In this document: piece after piece, positions 1 to 8,303 of the stretch
How the letters are laid out: every line of letters starts with the position of its first letter
Position numbering within the stretch: position 1 is the stretch's first letter
DNA from: Candidatus Hydrothermarchaeota archaeon
GTDB lineage: Archaea > CAYFZR01
Reading direction: 5' to 3'
NCBI GenBank assembly: GCA_046760505.1
Contig: JBHIEG010000028.1
Span: forward strand, 1 to 19,916
DNA: 19,916 nt
Made by a program: the position numbers and the translations under genes
The notes under the pieces: model-generated
Database searches by the model: none
What the model was told of the DNA's origin: nothing
The model's input: the letters and a program-made list of their open reading frames with translations, nothing else

Positions 1-212
1 CCTCTTATCATAGCCTCAGGCTCAATTCAGCTGTATAAACAATCTTATGAATTCCAGGTGAGTCTCAAAATCTTATTTTCATTTTTTCGTACTTAAGTAT
101 ATTGGATACATAACTTCCAAAGTTATCAAACTTCCGCTGGCATATAAATCAATGAGATTTTCTTGTCTGGGAACTTATCTTTGGATATTCTATCCCTGAA
201 AATTCTGGAGCC

Positions 213-269
213 AAAACCCTTAAATATTTTAATGATATTTAATTAGTAATTACATTTAATTAGAGGTGA
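213..269 (+). promoter_or_regulatory. Putative archaeal promoter (BRE/TATA), candidate operator and SD of the sulfate-activation operon
   Basis: AAAACCC precedes TTAAATAT (220-227). The ATTTAATTAG direct repeat (237-246 and 254-263) brackets the palindrome GTAATTAC (246-253). SD GAGGTGA lies at 263-269, before the ATG at 276. Confidence 0.55.
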
Positions 270-275
270 AAATAA

Positions 276-503
276 ATGGAAGAAAAGGAGGAGAAAAAAT
301 TCACCACGGTATCGATACCCACTCCTTTATTCGAGAAAATAAAGAAGAGAATTGAGGGAACTGGCTTTACATCTGTATCCAGTTACGTAACCTATGTTCT
401 GAGAGAGATAGTGGCTGAAGAAGAGGAAGAAGAAGAGCCCTTTACGGAAGAAGACGAGGAGAGAGTAAAGGAAAGACTCAGAGCCTTGGGCTACCTGGAC
501 TGA
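276..503 (+). CDS. CopG/ribbon-helix-helix family protein with acidic linker and C-terminal RLRALGYLD tail
   Basis: Beta-strand FTTVSIP, followed by helix LFEKIKKRIE, a G turn and helix SVSSYVTYVLRE, fits the RHH pattern. Strong SD; first gene of the operon. Confidence 0.8.
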   Translation: MEEKEEKKFTTVSIPTPLFEKIKKRIEGTGFTSVSSYVTYVLREIVAEEEEEEEPFTEEDEERVKERLRALGYLD

Positions 504-511
504 GGGATACC

Positions 512-1642
512 ATGATAAAGCCCCACGGAGGAAAGTTGATAAATAGGGTCTTCAGAGAAAAGGAAGAAGAGGCAAGGGAACTTCACAGGATAGCGATAAG
601 GAGAGATCAGGCAAAAGATGCTGAAAACATAGCAAATGGCGTTTTCTCCCCCTTGGAAGGCTTTTTAAATCAGGAGGATTATAAGAGCGTTCTCTATGAA
701 AAGAGACTTGCGAATGATATTCCATGGACCATTCCCATTGTACTGGATGTTTCCGAAGAAGATTCTAAGAAAATAAGTGAGGGAGAAGATTTAGCATTAA
801 CGTACAAGGACAAAATTGTGGCGATCCTCCATTTGGAAGAAAAATATGATTATGATAAGAAAGAGTTCGCTGAAAAGATATTCGGAACCGATGATAAAAA
901 TCATCCCGGCGTGAATAAAGTTTATGAAATGAAAGAAGTTCTTCTAGCAGGAAATATAGATCTTATAAGCGAGACAGACAATCCCTTTCTCAAATATACC
1001 CTGAAACCCATAGAAACGAGAATACTGTTCAAGGAGAAAGGATGGAAAACAATCGCGGGTTTTCAAACCAGAAATGTACCTCATTTAGGGCATGAATACG
1101 TTCAAAAGACCGCTTTAACATTTGTGGATGGAATATTCATAAATCCCGTGATAGGAAAAAAGAAAAAGGGAGATTTCAGAGATGATGTCATCCTTGAAAC
1201 CTACGAAGCGCTTATAAATAATTATTATTTGAAAGACAGCGCTGTTTTAAGCATTCTACAGTTCGAGATGAGATATGCAGGTCCAAGAGAGGCAATATTC
1301 CATTCTATTGTAAGAAAGAACTTTGGATGCACCCATTTCATAGTGGGAAGAGATCACGCGGGAGTAGGGGATTACTACGATCCCTATGAGGCTCAGGAGA
1401 TATTTAATGAGTTTCCGGATCTGGGTATAGTTCCTATTTTCTTTAAATCCTTCTTTTACTGCAAGAGATGTTCTGGCATAGCAAATGAAAAAACATGTCC
1501 GCATGATGAAAATCAACGCATAAAGTTCAGCGGAACAAGGATAAGAGAGGCTATTTCAAAAAAGAAGATTCCTCCAAAGGAATTGATGAGAAAGGAAGTT
1601 GCGGAGATAATACTTAGAAAGAAAAATCCTTTCGTGGTCTGA
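512..1642 (+). CDS. sat: Sulfate adenylyltransferase (ATP sulfurylase, Sat type)
   Basis: N-terminal PHGGKL, FSPLEGF, FQTRNVPHLGH (QxRN and HxxH), VGRDHAG, and a CKRC...CPH zinc site. Confidence 0.97.
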   Translation: MIKPHGGKLINRVFREKEEEARELHRIAIRRDQAKDAENIANGVFSPLEGFLNQEDYKSVLYEKRLANDIPWTIPIVLDVSEEDSKKISEGEDLALTYKDKIVAILHLEEKYDYDKKEFAEKIFGTDDKNHPGVNKVYEMKEVLLAGNIDLISETDNPFLKYTLKPIETRILFKEKGWKTIAGFQTRNVPHLGHEYVQKTALTFVDGIFINPVIGKKKKGDFRDDVILETYEALINNYYLKDSAVLSILQFEMRYAGPREAIFHSIVRKNFGCTHFIVGRDHAGVGDYYDPYEAQEIFNEFPDLGIVPIFFKSFFYCKRCSGIANEKTCPHDENQRIKFSGTRIREAISKKKIPPKELMRKEVAEIILRKKNPFVV

Positions 1643-2599
1643 ATGAAAAGAACTCTAATAATTCATCACTGGGACACAGATGGGATATGCTCTACTGCTT
1701 TACTTTTAAACTATCTTAAAGGATATATAAAAAACACCACTCCTGAAATAGGAAATTATTTTCTAAGAGATTCAGAGATAGAGGAATATGAAGATTATGA
1801 ATCCATAGTAATAGCCGATATAAGTATTCCGAGAGAAGACGTTCTGAAGATCAAAGAGAAAACAAACGCAGATATCATGATATTCGATCATCATTTGCAA
1901 GAGGAGATCAAGGAAGTATTTCATTGCAATCCTATTTTGAGAGGAGAGAGTCCGGAGATATATCCATCCACATCATGGGTGATAAACGATTATCTTAAAA
2001 ATCCTGTAAGCCTTCTATCGGTTCTCGGAGCGGTGGGAGATGCTGGAGAGAAGATAAGGGAAAATGAGTTCATCTTTCAAAAAATAAGGGAAAACATCGA
2101 TTTAAGATTTGAAGATCTGCTAAAAATGACAGAGCTAATAGATTCTAACTACAAGATTAATGACAGAAAGGGAGTAGAGAATGCGGTACATTATCTTTTA
2201 AAGAATATTAATCATCCTGAAAGAATTTTAGAAAATAGAGAATGGAATAAGAATCTAAGAAAAATAAATGTGGAGATTCAAAAGATCTTGGAAGAGCCCT
2301 CTCTATTCGAGGATGATTCTCTTATTCTTAAAGAATTTGAATCTGATTACAGCATAATTTCTTCTATAGCGAGAAATCTAGCATGGAACGCAAAAAAGAC
2401 AGCTATTGTCATCAACAAAGGCTTCTTCAAAGATAGAGATCAGATATATGTGAGAGGCGATGGATGTTTAGATAGAATTTTAGAGTTAGCAAGGGAGAGA
2501 GGCTACTCTTCTGGAGGAAAAAAGGAAGTAGTGGGTATAGTTTTGCCTAAAGAAGAATCTGAGAAATTTCTGGATAAAATACTGGAGGAACTGAGATGA
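1643..2599 (+). CDS. DHH family phosphoesterase (possible PAP phosphatase)
   Basis: DHH motifs HHWDTDG, IADI, FDHH and GAVGD; degenerate DHHA1-like SGGKKEVVG; starts immediately after the sat stop codon. Confidence 0.85.
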   Translation: MKRTLIIHHWDTDGICSTALLLNYLKGYIKNTTPEIGNYFLRDSEIEEYEDYESIVIADISIPREDVLKIKEKTNADIMIFDHHLQEEIKEVFHCNPILRGESPEIYPSTSWVINDYLKNPVSLLSVLGAVGDAGEKIRENEFIFQKIRENIDLRFEDLLKMTELIDSNYKINDRKGVENAVHYLLKNINHPERILENREWNKNLRKINVEIQKILEEPSLFEDDSLILKEFESDYSIISSIARNLAWNAKKTAIVINKGFFKDRDQIYVRGDGCLDRILELARERGYSSGGKKEVVGIVLPKEESEKFLDKILEELR

Positions 2600-3960
2600 G
2601 GGTTTTAGTGATAGGCCTGGACTCTGCTCCCCCGGAGCTGGTATTCGATGAATTCATAGATGAGCTTCCCAACATAAAGAAAATGGTTGAAAATGGTATT
2701 TATGGTAAATTAGAGAGTATTCATCCTCCCATAACAATTCCTGCATGGATATCCATGGCAACAAGCAAGAGTCCTGGCAAACTGGGACTCTACGGATTCA
2801 GACACAGAAAGAATTACTCTTATAAAGATATCTGGATTGCAAATTCCCATTCCATTAAAGAAAAAGCGATCTGGGATATTTTAGCAGAGCATGATAAAAA
2901 ATCCTGTTTGGTAGGAGTTCCTCCAAGCTATCCTCCCAAAAAAATAAACGGCTGGTTGATATCCTGCTTCATAACTCCTGATACAAAAAAAGATTATACC
3001 TATCCTAAAGAATTGAAAAGAGAAATAGAGAGCCTGGTGGGAGAATACATCGTAGATGTTGAATTTAGAACCGATGAAAAGGATAAACTGCTGAAAGAAA
3101 TCTATGAAATGACAGAGAAGAGATTTGAGGTAATTAAATATCTCCTGCAAAATAAAGACTGGGACTTCTTCATGTTTGTGGAAATAGGCTTGGATAGAGT
3201 ACAGCATGCATTCTGGAAGTTCTTTGATAAGGAGCATCATCTCTATCAGAAAAGCGAATACGAAAACGTAATTAAAGACTACTACAGGTATCTGGACAGA
3301 GAAATTGGAGATCTTCTTTCTATAGCAAGGGATGCCATTATATTAATTGTTTCTGACCATGGCGCAAAAAGAATGAAAGGTGCTTTTTGTATAAACGAGT
3401 GGCTGATAGAAAAGGGATATCTAAGGCTAAAGAACAAGCCAGATAGAATCATAAGTTTGGATAAGGCAGAGATAGACTGGAAAAATACAAAAGCATGGGG
3501 CTGGGGCGGTTATTACGCGAGAATTTTCTTGAATGTGGAGGGAAGAGAGCCTCAGGGAACAATAAAGCCCGCTAGTTATGAAAGTTTCAGAGATGAAATT
3601 GCAAGGGAAATAATGAATATAAGAGACTCGCAGGAAAATCCCATGGATAATAAGATTTTAAAGCCAGATGAGATTTTTGATGAATACAACGGAGACTATC
3701 CGGATCTCATGGTTTACCTCGACGATTTATACTGGAGATCAGCCGGCACGATAGGACATAATTCCTTATATTTAAAGGAAAACGATACAGGTCCTGATGA
3801 TGCGGTTCACTCTGCGCATGGAATTTTCATAATATACGATCCAAGGAAGAAGATCGGAAAAGAGGTTGATGCAAGCATACTGGATATTGCTCCCACGATT
3901 CTGGATCTCATGGGAATACCTGTTCCCCGTGATATGGAAGGTAGCATTATAAGGGTGTAA
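2596..3960 (+). CDS. Alkaline phosphatase superfamily protein (type I phosphodiesterase/nucleotide pyrophosphatase family)
   Basis: VLVIGLDSA, PPITIPAW (Thr nucleophile position), DRVQH, VSDHG, DAVHSAHG, SILDIAPTIL and DMEG. No signal peptide. ATGA overlap with the DHH gene. Confidence 0.9.
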   Translation: MRVLVIGLDSAPPELVFDEFIDELPNIKKMVENGIYGKLESIHPPITIPAWISMATSKSPGKLGLYGFRHRKNYSYKDIWIANSHSIKEKAIWDILAEHDKKSCLVGVPPSYPPKKINGWLISCFITPDTKKDYTYPKELKREIESLVGEYIVDVEFRTDEKDKLLKEIYEMTEKRFEVIKYLLQNKDWDFFMFVEIGLDRVQHAFWKFFDKEHHLYQKSEYENVIKDYYRYLDREIGDLLSIARDAIILIVSDHGAKRMKGAFCINEWLIEKGYLRLKNKPDRIISLDKAEIDWKNTKAWGWGGYYARIFLNVEGREPQGTIKPASYESFRDEIAREIMNIRDSQENPMDNKILKPDEIFDEYNGDYPDLMVYLDDLYWRSAGTIGHNSLYLKENDTGPDDAVHSAHGIFIIYDPRKKIGKEVDASILDIAPTILDLMGIPVPRDMEGSIIRV

Positions 3961-3963
3961 GAA

Positions 3964-4491
3964 ATGGAAAAGGGATTTGTCATATGGCTCACAGGACTTC
4001 CTGCATCAGGCAAAACCACCATAGCAAGAGAATTAGAGAGTATTTTGAGAGATAAAGGAATTAAAGTAGAAGTATTTGATGGAGACGAGGTAAGAAAAAA
4101 ATTGAGCCCTGACTTAGGATTCAGCAAGAGAGATAGAGAAATTCATGCGAAAAGAGTGGCTTATGTCAGCAAACTTCTTGCCAGAAACGGTGTGGCAGTA
4201 ATAGTTGCTCTAATATCTCCATACAGAAAATTTAGAGAAAATGCAAGAAAGGAAATCGGCGATTTCATAGAGGTTTACGTGAAATGCTCTCTCGAAACAT
4301 GCATGAAAAGAGATCCCAAGGGTATATTCAAAAAGGCGTTGAGAGGAGAGATAAATAATTTGACAGGAGTCCAAGATCCCTATGAAGAGCCTTTGAATCC
4401 TGAAGTAACAGTTAATACAGAAGTAGAGACTCCTGAAGAAAGTACAATGAAAATAATAGAGAAACTCAAGGATCTTGGATATCTGGAGTGA
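3964..4491 (+). CDS. cysC: Adenylyl-sulfate (APS) kinase
   Basis: WLTGLPASGKTT P-loop, DGDEVR, LGFSKRDR, ISPYR, RDPKG and TGVQDPYEEP. Confidence 0.97.
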   Translation: MEKGFVIWLTGLPASGKTTIARELESILRDKGIKVEVFDGDEVRKKLSPDLGFSKRDREIHAKRVAYVSKLLARNGVAVIVALISPYRKFRENARKEIGDFIEVYVKCSLETCMKRDPKGIFKKALRGEINNLTGVQDPYEEPLNPEVTVNTEVETPEESTMKIIEKLKDLGYLE

Positions 4492-4495
4492 TGAA

Positions 4496-5284
4496 ATGGA
4501 TCCTGCTCACCTTATCATCGGCTTTGTAGTAGGCTTCTTGATAGGTCTTAGCGGAGTTGGAGGAGGAGCAATTTTAACTCCTCTACTAATTTTTTCCGGT
4601 GTTTTGCCGATGTATGCGGTGGGCTCTAGTCTGGTATATGCATCTCTTACAAAGAGCCTCGGCTCCGTATTGCATCATAGAAAGGACAATATAGAGTTCA
4701 GTACGGTTAAGATCCTACTCTTAGGAAGTGTTCCTGCCTCATTTTTAGGCATACTATTGCTCAACTACCTCAAAAGTAAATTTAGCTTCCAGTTCCTCAA
4801 CGCATTCATAAGTTCCTTGCTGGCCATAATTTTGATTCTGGTGGCAATCATATATTTCTCACAGATAATGGGGAGTGGAATTAAACTGAAGAATCCTTCT
4901 AAGAAGAAACTGATTTTAGCCGGCTTTATAGTAGGAATAACCGTTCAGCTAACATCTGTTGGAAGCGGAGTCTTGGTAACGTTGTTTTTGCTTCCCATTT
5001 TAGTTCCCAGAAAGGTGGTGGGAACCGATGTATTCCATGCATTCGTGCTGACAAGTTTCGCAGGTATGATGCAATTTGGCATTGGAAACGTGTTGCCCTC
5101 TCTGGTTCTTGTGCTTCTGATCGGATCGATTCCAGGAGTAGTAATAGGCGTGAGTCTGAGCTCCAGAATACCTATAAAGCCTTTTCATATAATTCTAACC
5201 TTTGTGATATTTTTCTCTGGATTGCTTTTGCTCCTGAAGAACTTTGGCTTCATCATGGTTACAGATTTCTTGCAGGAGAAATGA
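4496..5284 (+). CDS. TauE/SafE (TSUP) family sulfite/organosulfur transporter
   Basis: Duplicated motifs GLSGVGGGAILTP and TSVGSGVLVT, VVGTD, and many hydrophobic segments. Start moved from TTG 4475 to ATG 4496, which follows SD GGAGTGA and removes the overlap with cysC. Confidence 0.88.
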   Translation: MDPAHLIIGFVVGFLIGLSGVGGGAILTPLLIFSGVLPMYAVGSSLVYASLTKSLGSVLHHRKDNIEFSTVKILLLGSVPASFLGILLLNYLKSKFSFQFLNAFISSLLAIILILVAIIYFSQIMGSGIKLKNPSKKKLILAGFIVGITVQLTSVGSGVLVTLFLLPILVPRKVVGTDVFHAFVLTSFAGMMQFGIGNVLPSLVLVLLIGSIPGVVIGVSLSSRIPIKPFHIILTFVIFFSGLLLLLKNFGFIMVTDFLQEK

Positions 5285-5350
5285 TCATCTTGTTATTACA
5301 TGGTAAATTAGATATAGATAAAATAACAAAAGATGTTTCTCGGTAGTTGC

Positions 5351-6292
5351 ATGAGGTACCTGATCTTGATTCTGTTAATCGGCGTCTCTGGAGCAGATAC
5401 CCTACTCTACACGCCGGGAATGCTCATAGAAAAGCAGGGAGACACCGTGGTAATACCTGCAACGATATATCATGATGAAAACTATAAACTCGAAGAGGTA
5501 AGCCTTTATTTGAAGCAATCTGGATTTATTACTCCAAATAAGACCAGCATAAAATACAAGAACGTTTGTCCGCGTTTGCCGAAGAGAGAGAAATTCTTCC
5601 TGGAAATTCCCAAGCGAACAGGTGAGGGAGTCTACATCGTAGATGTTATAATGGACTATGTGTACAAAGGAGAAAGATACAGAAAGATAAAGAGCATTCC
5701 TGTCTATGTATTGGAGAGGAGGGTTCATCTTTTTTCGGTTACCGCAAGGGATTCCATCACGCCAGGAGATTTTCTGATTCTAAACCTTTTTGTGGTAAAC
5801 ACAAATGAGAAAGAAGAGTCTTTCGCCTTACTTGTGAACTTTAGGAACGTATCGATAACAAAGATCTACAAAATAGGCGGGGATCAGCAAATAAATTATG
5901 GTCTGGCTTTAAAGATTCCAGAAAATATAACCCTCGGCTACCAGAAAATAACGGTGGACATGTACTCGGGAATCACCCATGAGAAATACGAGAAGTGGGT
6001 AAAAGTAGTTCCAAAAAATCTCCAGTATACGGTAGTTGTAAATCCTGAAACAGACTCCATGTCTTCAGATTTGTTAAAAGATGATTATAAAGTTGTATCC
6101 TGCGATGAAAATGTAGAGGGAAATCTTATTGTTATAGGGGGTGAAGAGACCAACAGATATGCCTCAGGTTTAGGACTGGGACTAAAGGCGTATAATCTGG
6201 GAGAAAGGGACATAATACTAATTGCTGGAAGAGATAGAGAAGAAACCTTGATGTTAACGCGTTATTTTCTGGAAATAGAAAAAAATATATAA
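5351..6292 (+). CDS. Exported protein with beta-sandwich-like domains and an S-layer C-terminal-like domain
   Basis: Signal peptide MRYLILILLIGVSGA from ATG 5351 (the ORF track starts at 5333). C-terminal NLIVIGG...N...IILIAGRDREET resembles the Methanococcales/Thermococcales S_layer_C pattern. Confidence 0.6.
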   Translation: MRYLILILLIGVSGADTLLYTPGMLIEKQGDTVVIPATIYHDENYKLEEVSLYLKQSGFITPNKTSIKYKNVCPRLPKREKFFLEIPKRTGEGVYIVDVIMDYVYKGERYRKIKSIPVYVLERRVHLFSVTARDSITPGDFLILNLFVVNTNEKEESFALLVNFRNVSITKIYKIGGDQQINYGLALKIPENITLGYQKITVDMYSGITHEKYEKWVKVVPKNLQYTVVVNPETDSMSSDLLKDDYKVVSCDENVEGNLIVIGGEETNRYASGLGLGLKAYNLGERDIILIAGRDREETLMLTRYFLEIEKNI

Positions 6293-6329
6293 CTGAAAGA
6301 ACATCATTTGCTTGGAGATGGGGGTAAAC

Positions 6330-7031
6330 ATGAAAAAATCTATAGTAGTTCTCCTGTTAATTGGGATCTTGATTTTACCCATGTGCCTCCAAGAGGAAGC
6401 AATTCCTCCAAAGACGGCAGAGGCAATCAAAGAAGAGGTTAAGAAGGAAATAGAGAAGCCTCCTTTAATTGAAGAGAAACCTCCGTTGGTACCAGAGAAA
6501 CCTAAAGAGCCAACAATTGAGATTCCCATAGTGACCCTTAAGGCAACCAAAGAGGAACTTCCTTGGGCAATACTGGTTGATACAAAAAAAGATGCCACAA
6601 TCGATTACCTAAAATCTGAGGGTTTCAGGGTTTATTTATATGAGGAATGGTTCTCTCTAACCGTATTTCCCAGATACGATGAAGTTTTAATTCTGAGGAC
6701 GGAAGATCCAATATTGCTCATGTACGGCGCGAGATACGCCAAACTCACAAACAAACTCCTTGTTGTAGGTCCCTGCGGCTGTGAAATAACCAAACTGGAG
6801 TACATCACCAAGAGACATGCAGCAAGTGGTGTCATCCTCTTGGGAGAGGAAAAGTGTCTCCTTCCCGGTGAAGTAAGCAAACTTAAAGCCATCCTAGAAA
6901 GGTTCGTAACAGTAGTCACGATGGAAACTACTGCGGAGGTAGCAAAAAAGGTCTATGAAGAAACCGGAAGAAGAGGAGTCTACGGAGGCGGCGGGGTGAA
7001 AAGAAAAGTTCCACCCGCTAACATAGGTTAA
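6330..7031 (+). CDS. Putative lipoprotein-like surface protein with Pro/Glu/Lys linker and divergent cell-wall-binding-repeat-2-like domain
   Basis: MKKSIVVLLLIGILILPMC is a basic n-region, h-region and Cys. EKPP repeats follow. The segment DEVLIL...GARYAKLTNKLLVV...VILLGEE...ETTAEVAKKV resembles CW_binding_2. Confidence 0.5.
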   Translation: MKKSIVVLLLIGILILPMCLQEEAIPPKTAEAIKEEVKKEIEKPPLIEEKPPLVPEKPKEPTIEIPIVTLKATKEELPWAILVDTKKDATIDYLKSEGFRVYLYEEWFSLTVFPRYDEVLILRTEDPILLMYGARYAKLTNKLLVVGPCGCEITKLEYITKRHAASGVILLGEEKCLLPGEVSKLKAILERFVTVVTMETTAEVAKKVYEETGRRGVYGGGGVKRKVPPANIG

Positions 7032-7032
7032 C

Positions 7033-7890
7033 TCATTCAACGTTTATCCAGAGATGAGTTTCGCGATAGGGTTCGGTAAAATTATTCTCTTTGTATAGTA
7101 AAAACTCCAACTTCAAATCCTTACCTTTTTTATTGGGAGTAAATATAATGGGCTCCTCGAAAGTCTCGTTGTGGTCTAGGCGCAGGGTTTTCTCAATTAA
7201 AGTTTCGTTGGATAGTTTTATTCTGAGCGTATAGTTGATCGTTTCGTATTCATGATTTACTATGCCCAGTATAACCTTTCCGGAATCTCCTAACTTCAAT
7301 TCAGTTGGATAATTCTTAGCAGATCCGTTTGGACCTAAAATGTAAAATTCCGTAAATCTTTCTCCTTTCTTTGGAGTTACAATAACGTATGCAAGCATGC
7401 ATACCGCTAAAAAGATGGAAATGATGAGAAAGATCGTCAGTATCTTGTCTACCTTACTTTTAGGCTTCTCAAAGATCTCTGCCTTAAATGATTCATAGAT
7501 CTCTTTAAATGGAACAAAAAATCTCTCCTCCTCTGGGAGTTTTAGTCTCCTTAGATGCGCGGTTACCACAAGCGCTAGGGTGAATACGGATAGAGTAACA
7601 ATTATCGGAATCAGTCTAATACCGAAGGGCGTGTAGTTTAAAACCAAGCCGAGCAATGGAACAACCGCTATGCTAAGTCCAAAACTCAAGGCAAATCTCT
7701 CTATTCCATCTAGATCTCCTTTTCTTGGAAATAAGGATGCTATCAATGCATATCCCGGCAGAAAAAGGACCATCATTATTCCAAGAATCACCCTGACTGG
7801 AGTCTTATTCAAGGGGGGAACGAGTACAAAGAGGAGTGTAAGTAGTACAAGCGCGGTTACGATTTGCAGATCTTTTGGAATCTTGAGCAT
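7033..7890 (-). CDS. DUF1616 domain membrane protein
   Basis: LFLPGYALIASLFP, ERFALSFGLSIAVVP, ERFTEFYILG...NYP, GIVNHEY and PYRETHLWINV are characteristic of archaeal DUF1616 proteins. Confidence 0.9.
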   Translation of the reverse strand: MLKIPKDLQIVTALVLLTLLFVLVPPLNKTPVRVILGIMMVLFLPGYALIASLFPRKGDLDGIERFALSFGLSIAVVPLLGLVLNYTPFGIRLIPIIVTLSVFTLALVVTAHLRRLKLPEEERFFVPFKEIYESFKAEIFEKPKSKVDKILTIFLIISIFLAVCMLAYVIVTPKKGERFTEFYILGPNGSAKNYPTELKLGDSGKVILGIVNHEYETINYTLRIKLSNETLIEKTLRLDHNETFEEPIIFTPNKKGKDLKLEFLLYKENNFTEPYRETHLWINVE

Positions 7891-7937
7891 ATGTTTAACT
7901 GAACTTTACATAAAAATAAGTTTATGCATGAGAATGT

Positions 7938-8252
7938 TCAAGATATGAGGACAAAATAGATCTTATTTATAAGTATGATGGTAAAAACTAATAACAAGGC
8001 TAAAATAGAGGCTTTTGTGCCGTTTGTCAGTGTTTTAATCCTTTTTGATATCGCTGACGTGGATAATTCCACTATGATCAAGAGCATGATAAGCGCTATG
8101 GTGGCAATCATTCCATTTGTCTCAAAATTCATGTGCAGTCCGGATACGGTAAGAGCATTGGTGGAAATCGCGCTGACACTTGATACAGAAGAAGTGGTTG
8201 TTGTGGTTGTGGTAACAGTAGAAGTGGTTGTGGTTATGGTCGATGAAATCAT
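7938..8252 (-). CDS. Small Thr/Ser-rich two-TM membrane protein
   Basis: N-terminal TTTTSTVTTTTTTTSS tract, then two hydrophobic helices separated by a basic loop. It has its own TATA box about 30 nt upstream and is co-oriented with its neighbours. Confidence 0.7.
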   Translation of the reverse strand: MISSTITTTTSTVTTTTTTTSSVSSVSAISTNALTVSGLHMNFETNGMIATIALIMLLIIVELSTSAISKRIKTLTNGTKASILALLLVFTIILINKIYFVLIS

Positions 8253-8275
8253 AAATGATATTCAAGCATACTCAT

Positions 8276-8292
8276 ATTTATAATTTTCTTTC
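8276..8292 (-). promoter_or_regulatory. BRE/TATA promoter for a probably leaderless transcript of the Thr-rich protein
   Basis: The minus strand reads GAAAGAAAA-TTATAAAT. The TATA box (8283-8276) starts 31 nt before the ATG at 8252, and there is no SD. Confidence 0.6.
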
Positions 8293-8303
8293 ATTATACT
8301 GAT

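Noticed and set aside
1-210. Possible gene or remnant at the left edge (minus-strand ATG at position 11 after GAGG, plus short open stretches)
   Set aside because: Only three codons lie in the window, and the other frames are short, interrupted and show no recognisable motif.
416-460. GAA/GAG low-complexity run
   Set aside because: It encodes the poly-Glu linker of the RHH protein and is not an independent DNA repeat.
2596-3960. Calling this protein a formylglycine-dependent sulfatase
   Set aside because: It lacks the C/S-x-P-x-R signature; the nucleophile position is PPITIPAW, of NPP type.
512-4491. Interpretation as dissimilatory or assimilatory sulfate reduction
   Set aside because: No aprAB, dsr, cysH or sulfite reductase is in the window. 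It cannot be excluded genome-wide but is unsupported here.
1256-6919. Minus-strand ORFs 1256-1516, 2881-3240, 3807-4127, 5000-5188, 5402-5728, 6254-6598 and 6632-6919
   Set aside because: They are antisense shadows of well-supported plus-strand genes, with no motifs.
7670-8283. Plus-strand ORFs 7670-7948 and 7975-8283 (poly-Val)
   Set aside because: They are antisense mirrors of DUF1616 and of the Thr codon tract; the minus-strand gene has the promoter and operon orientation.
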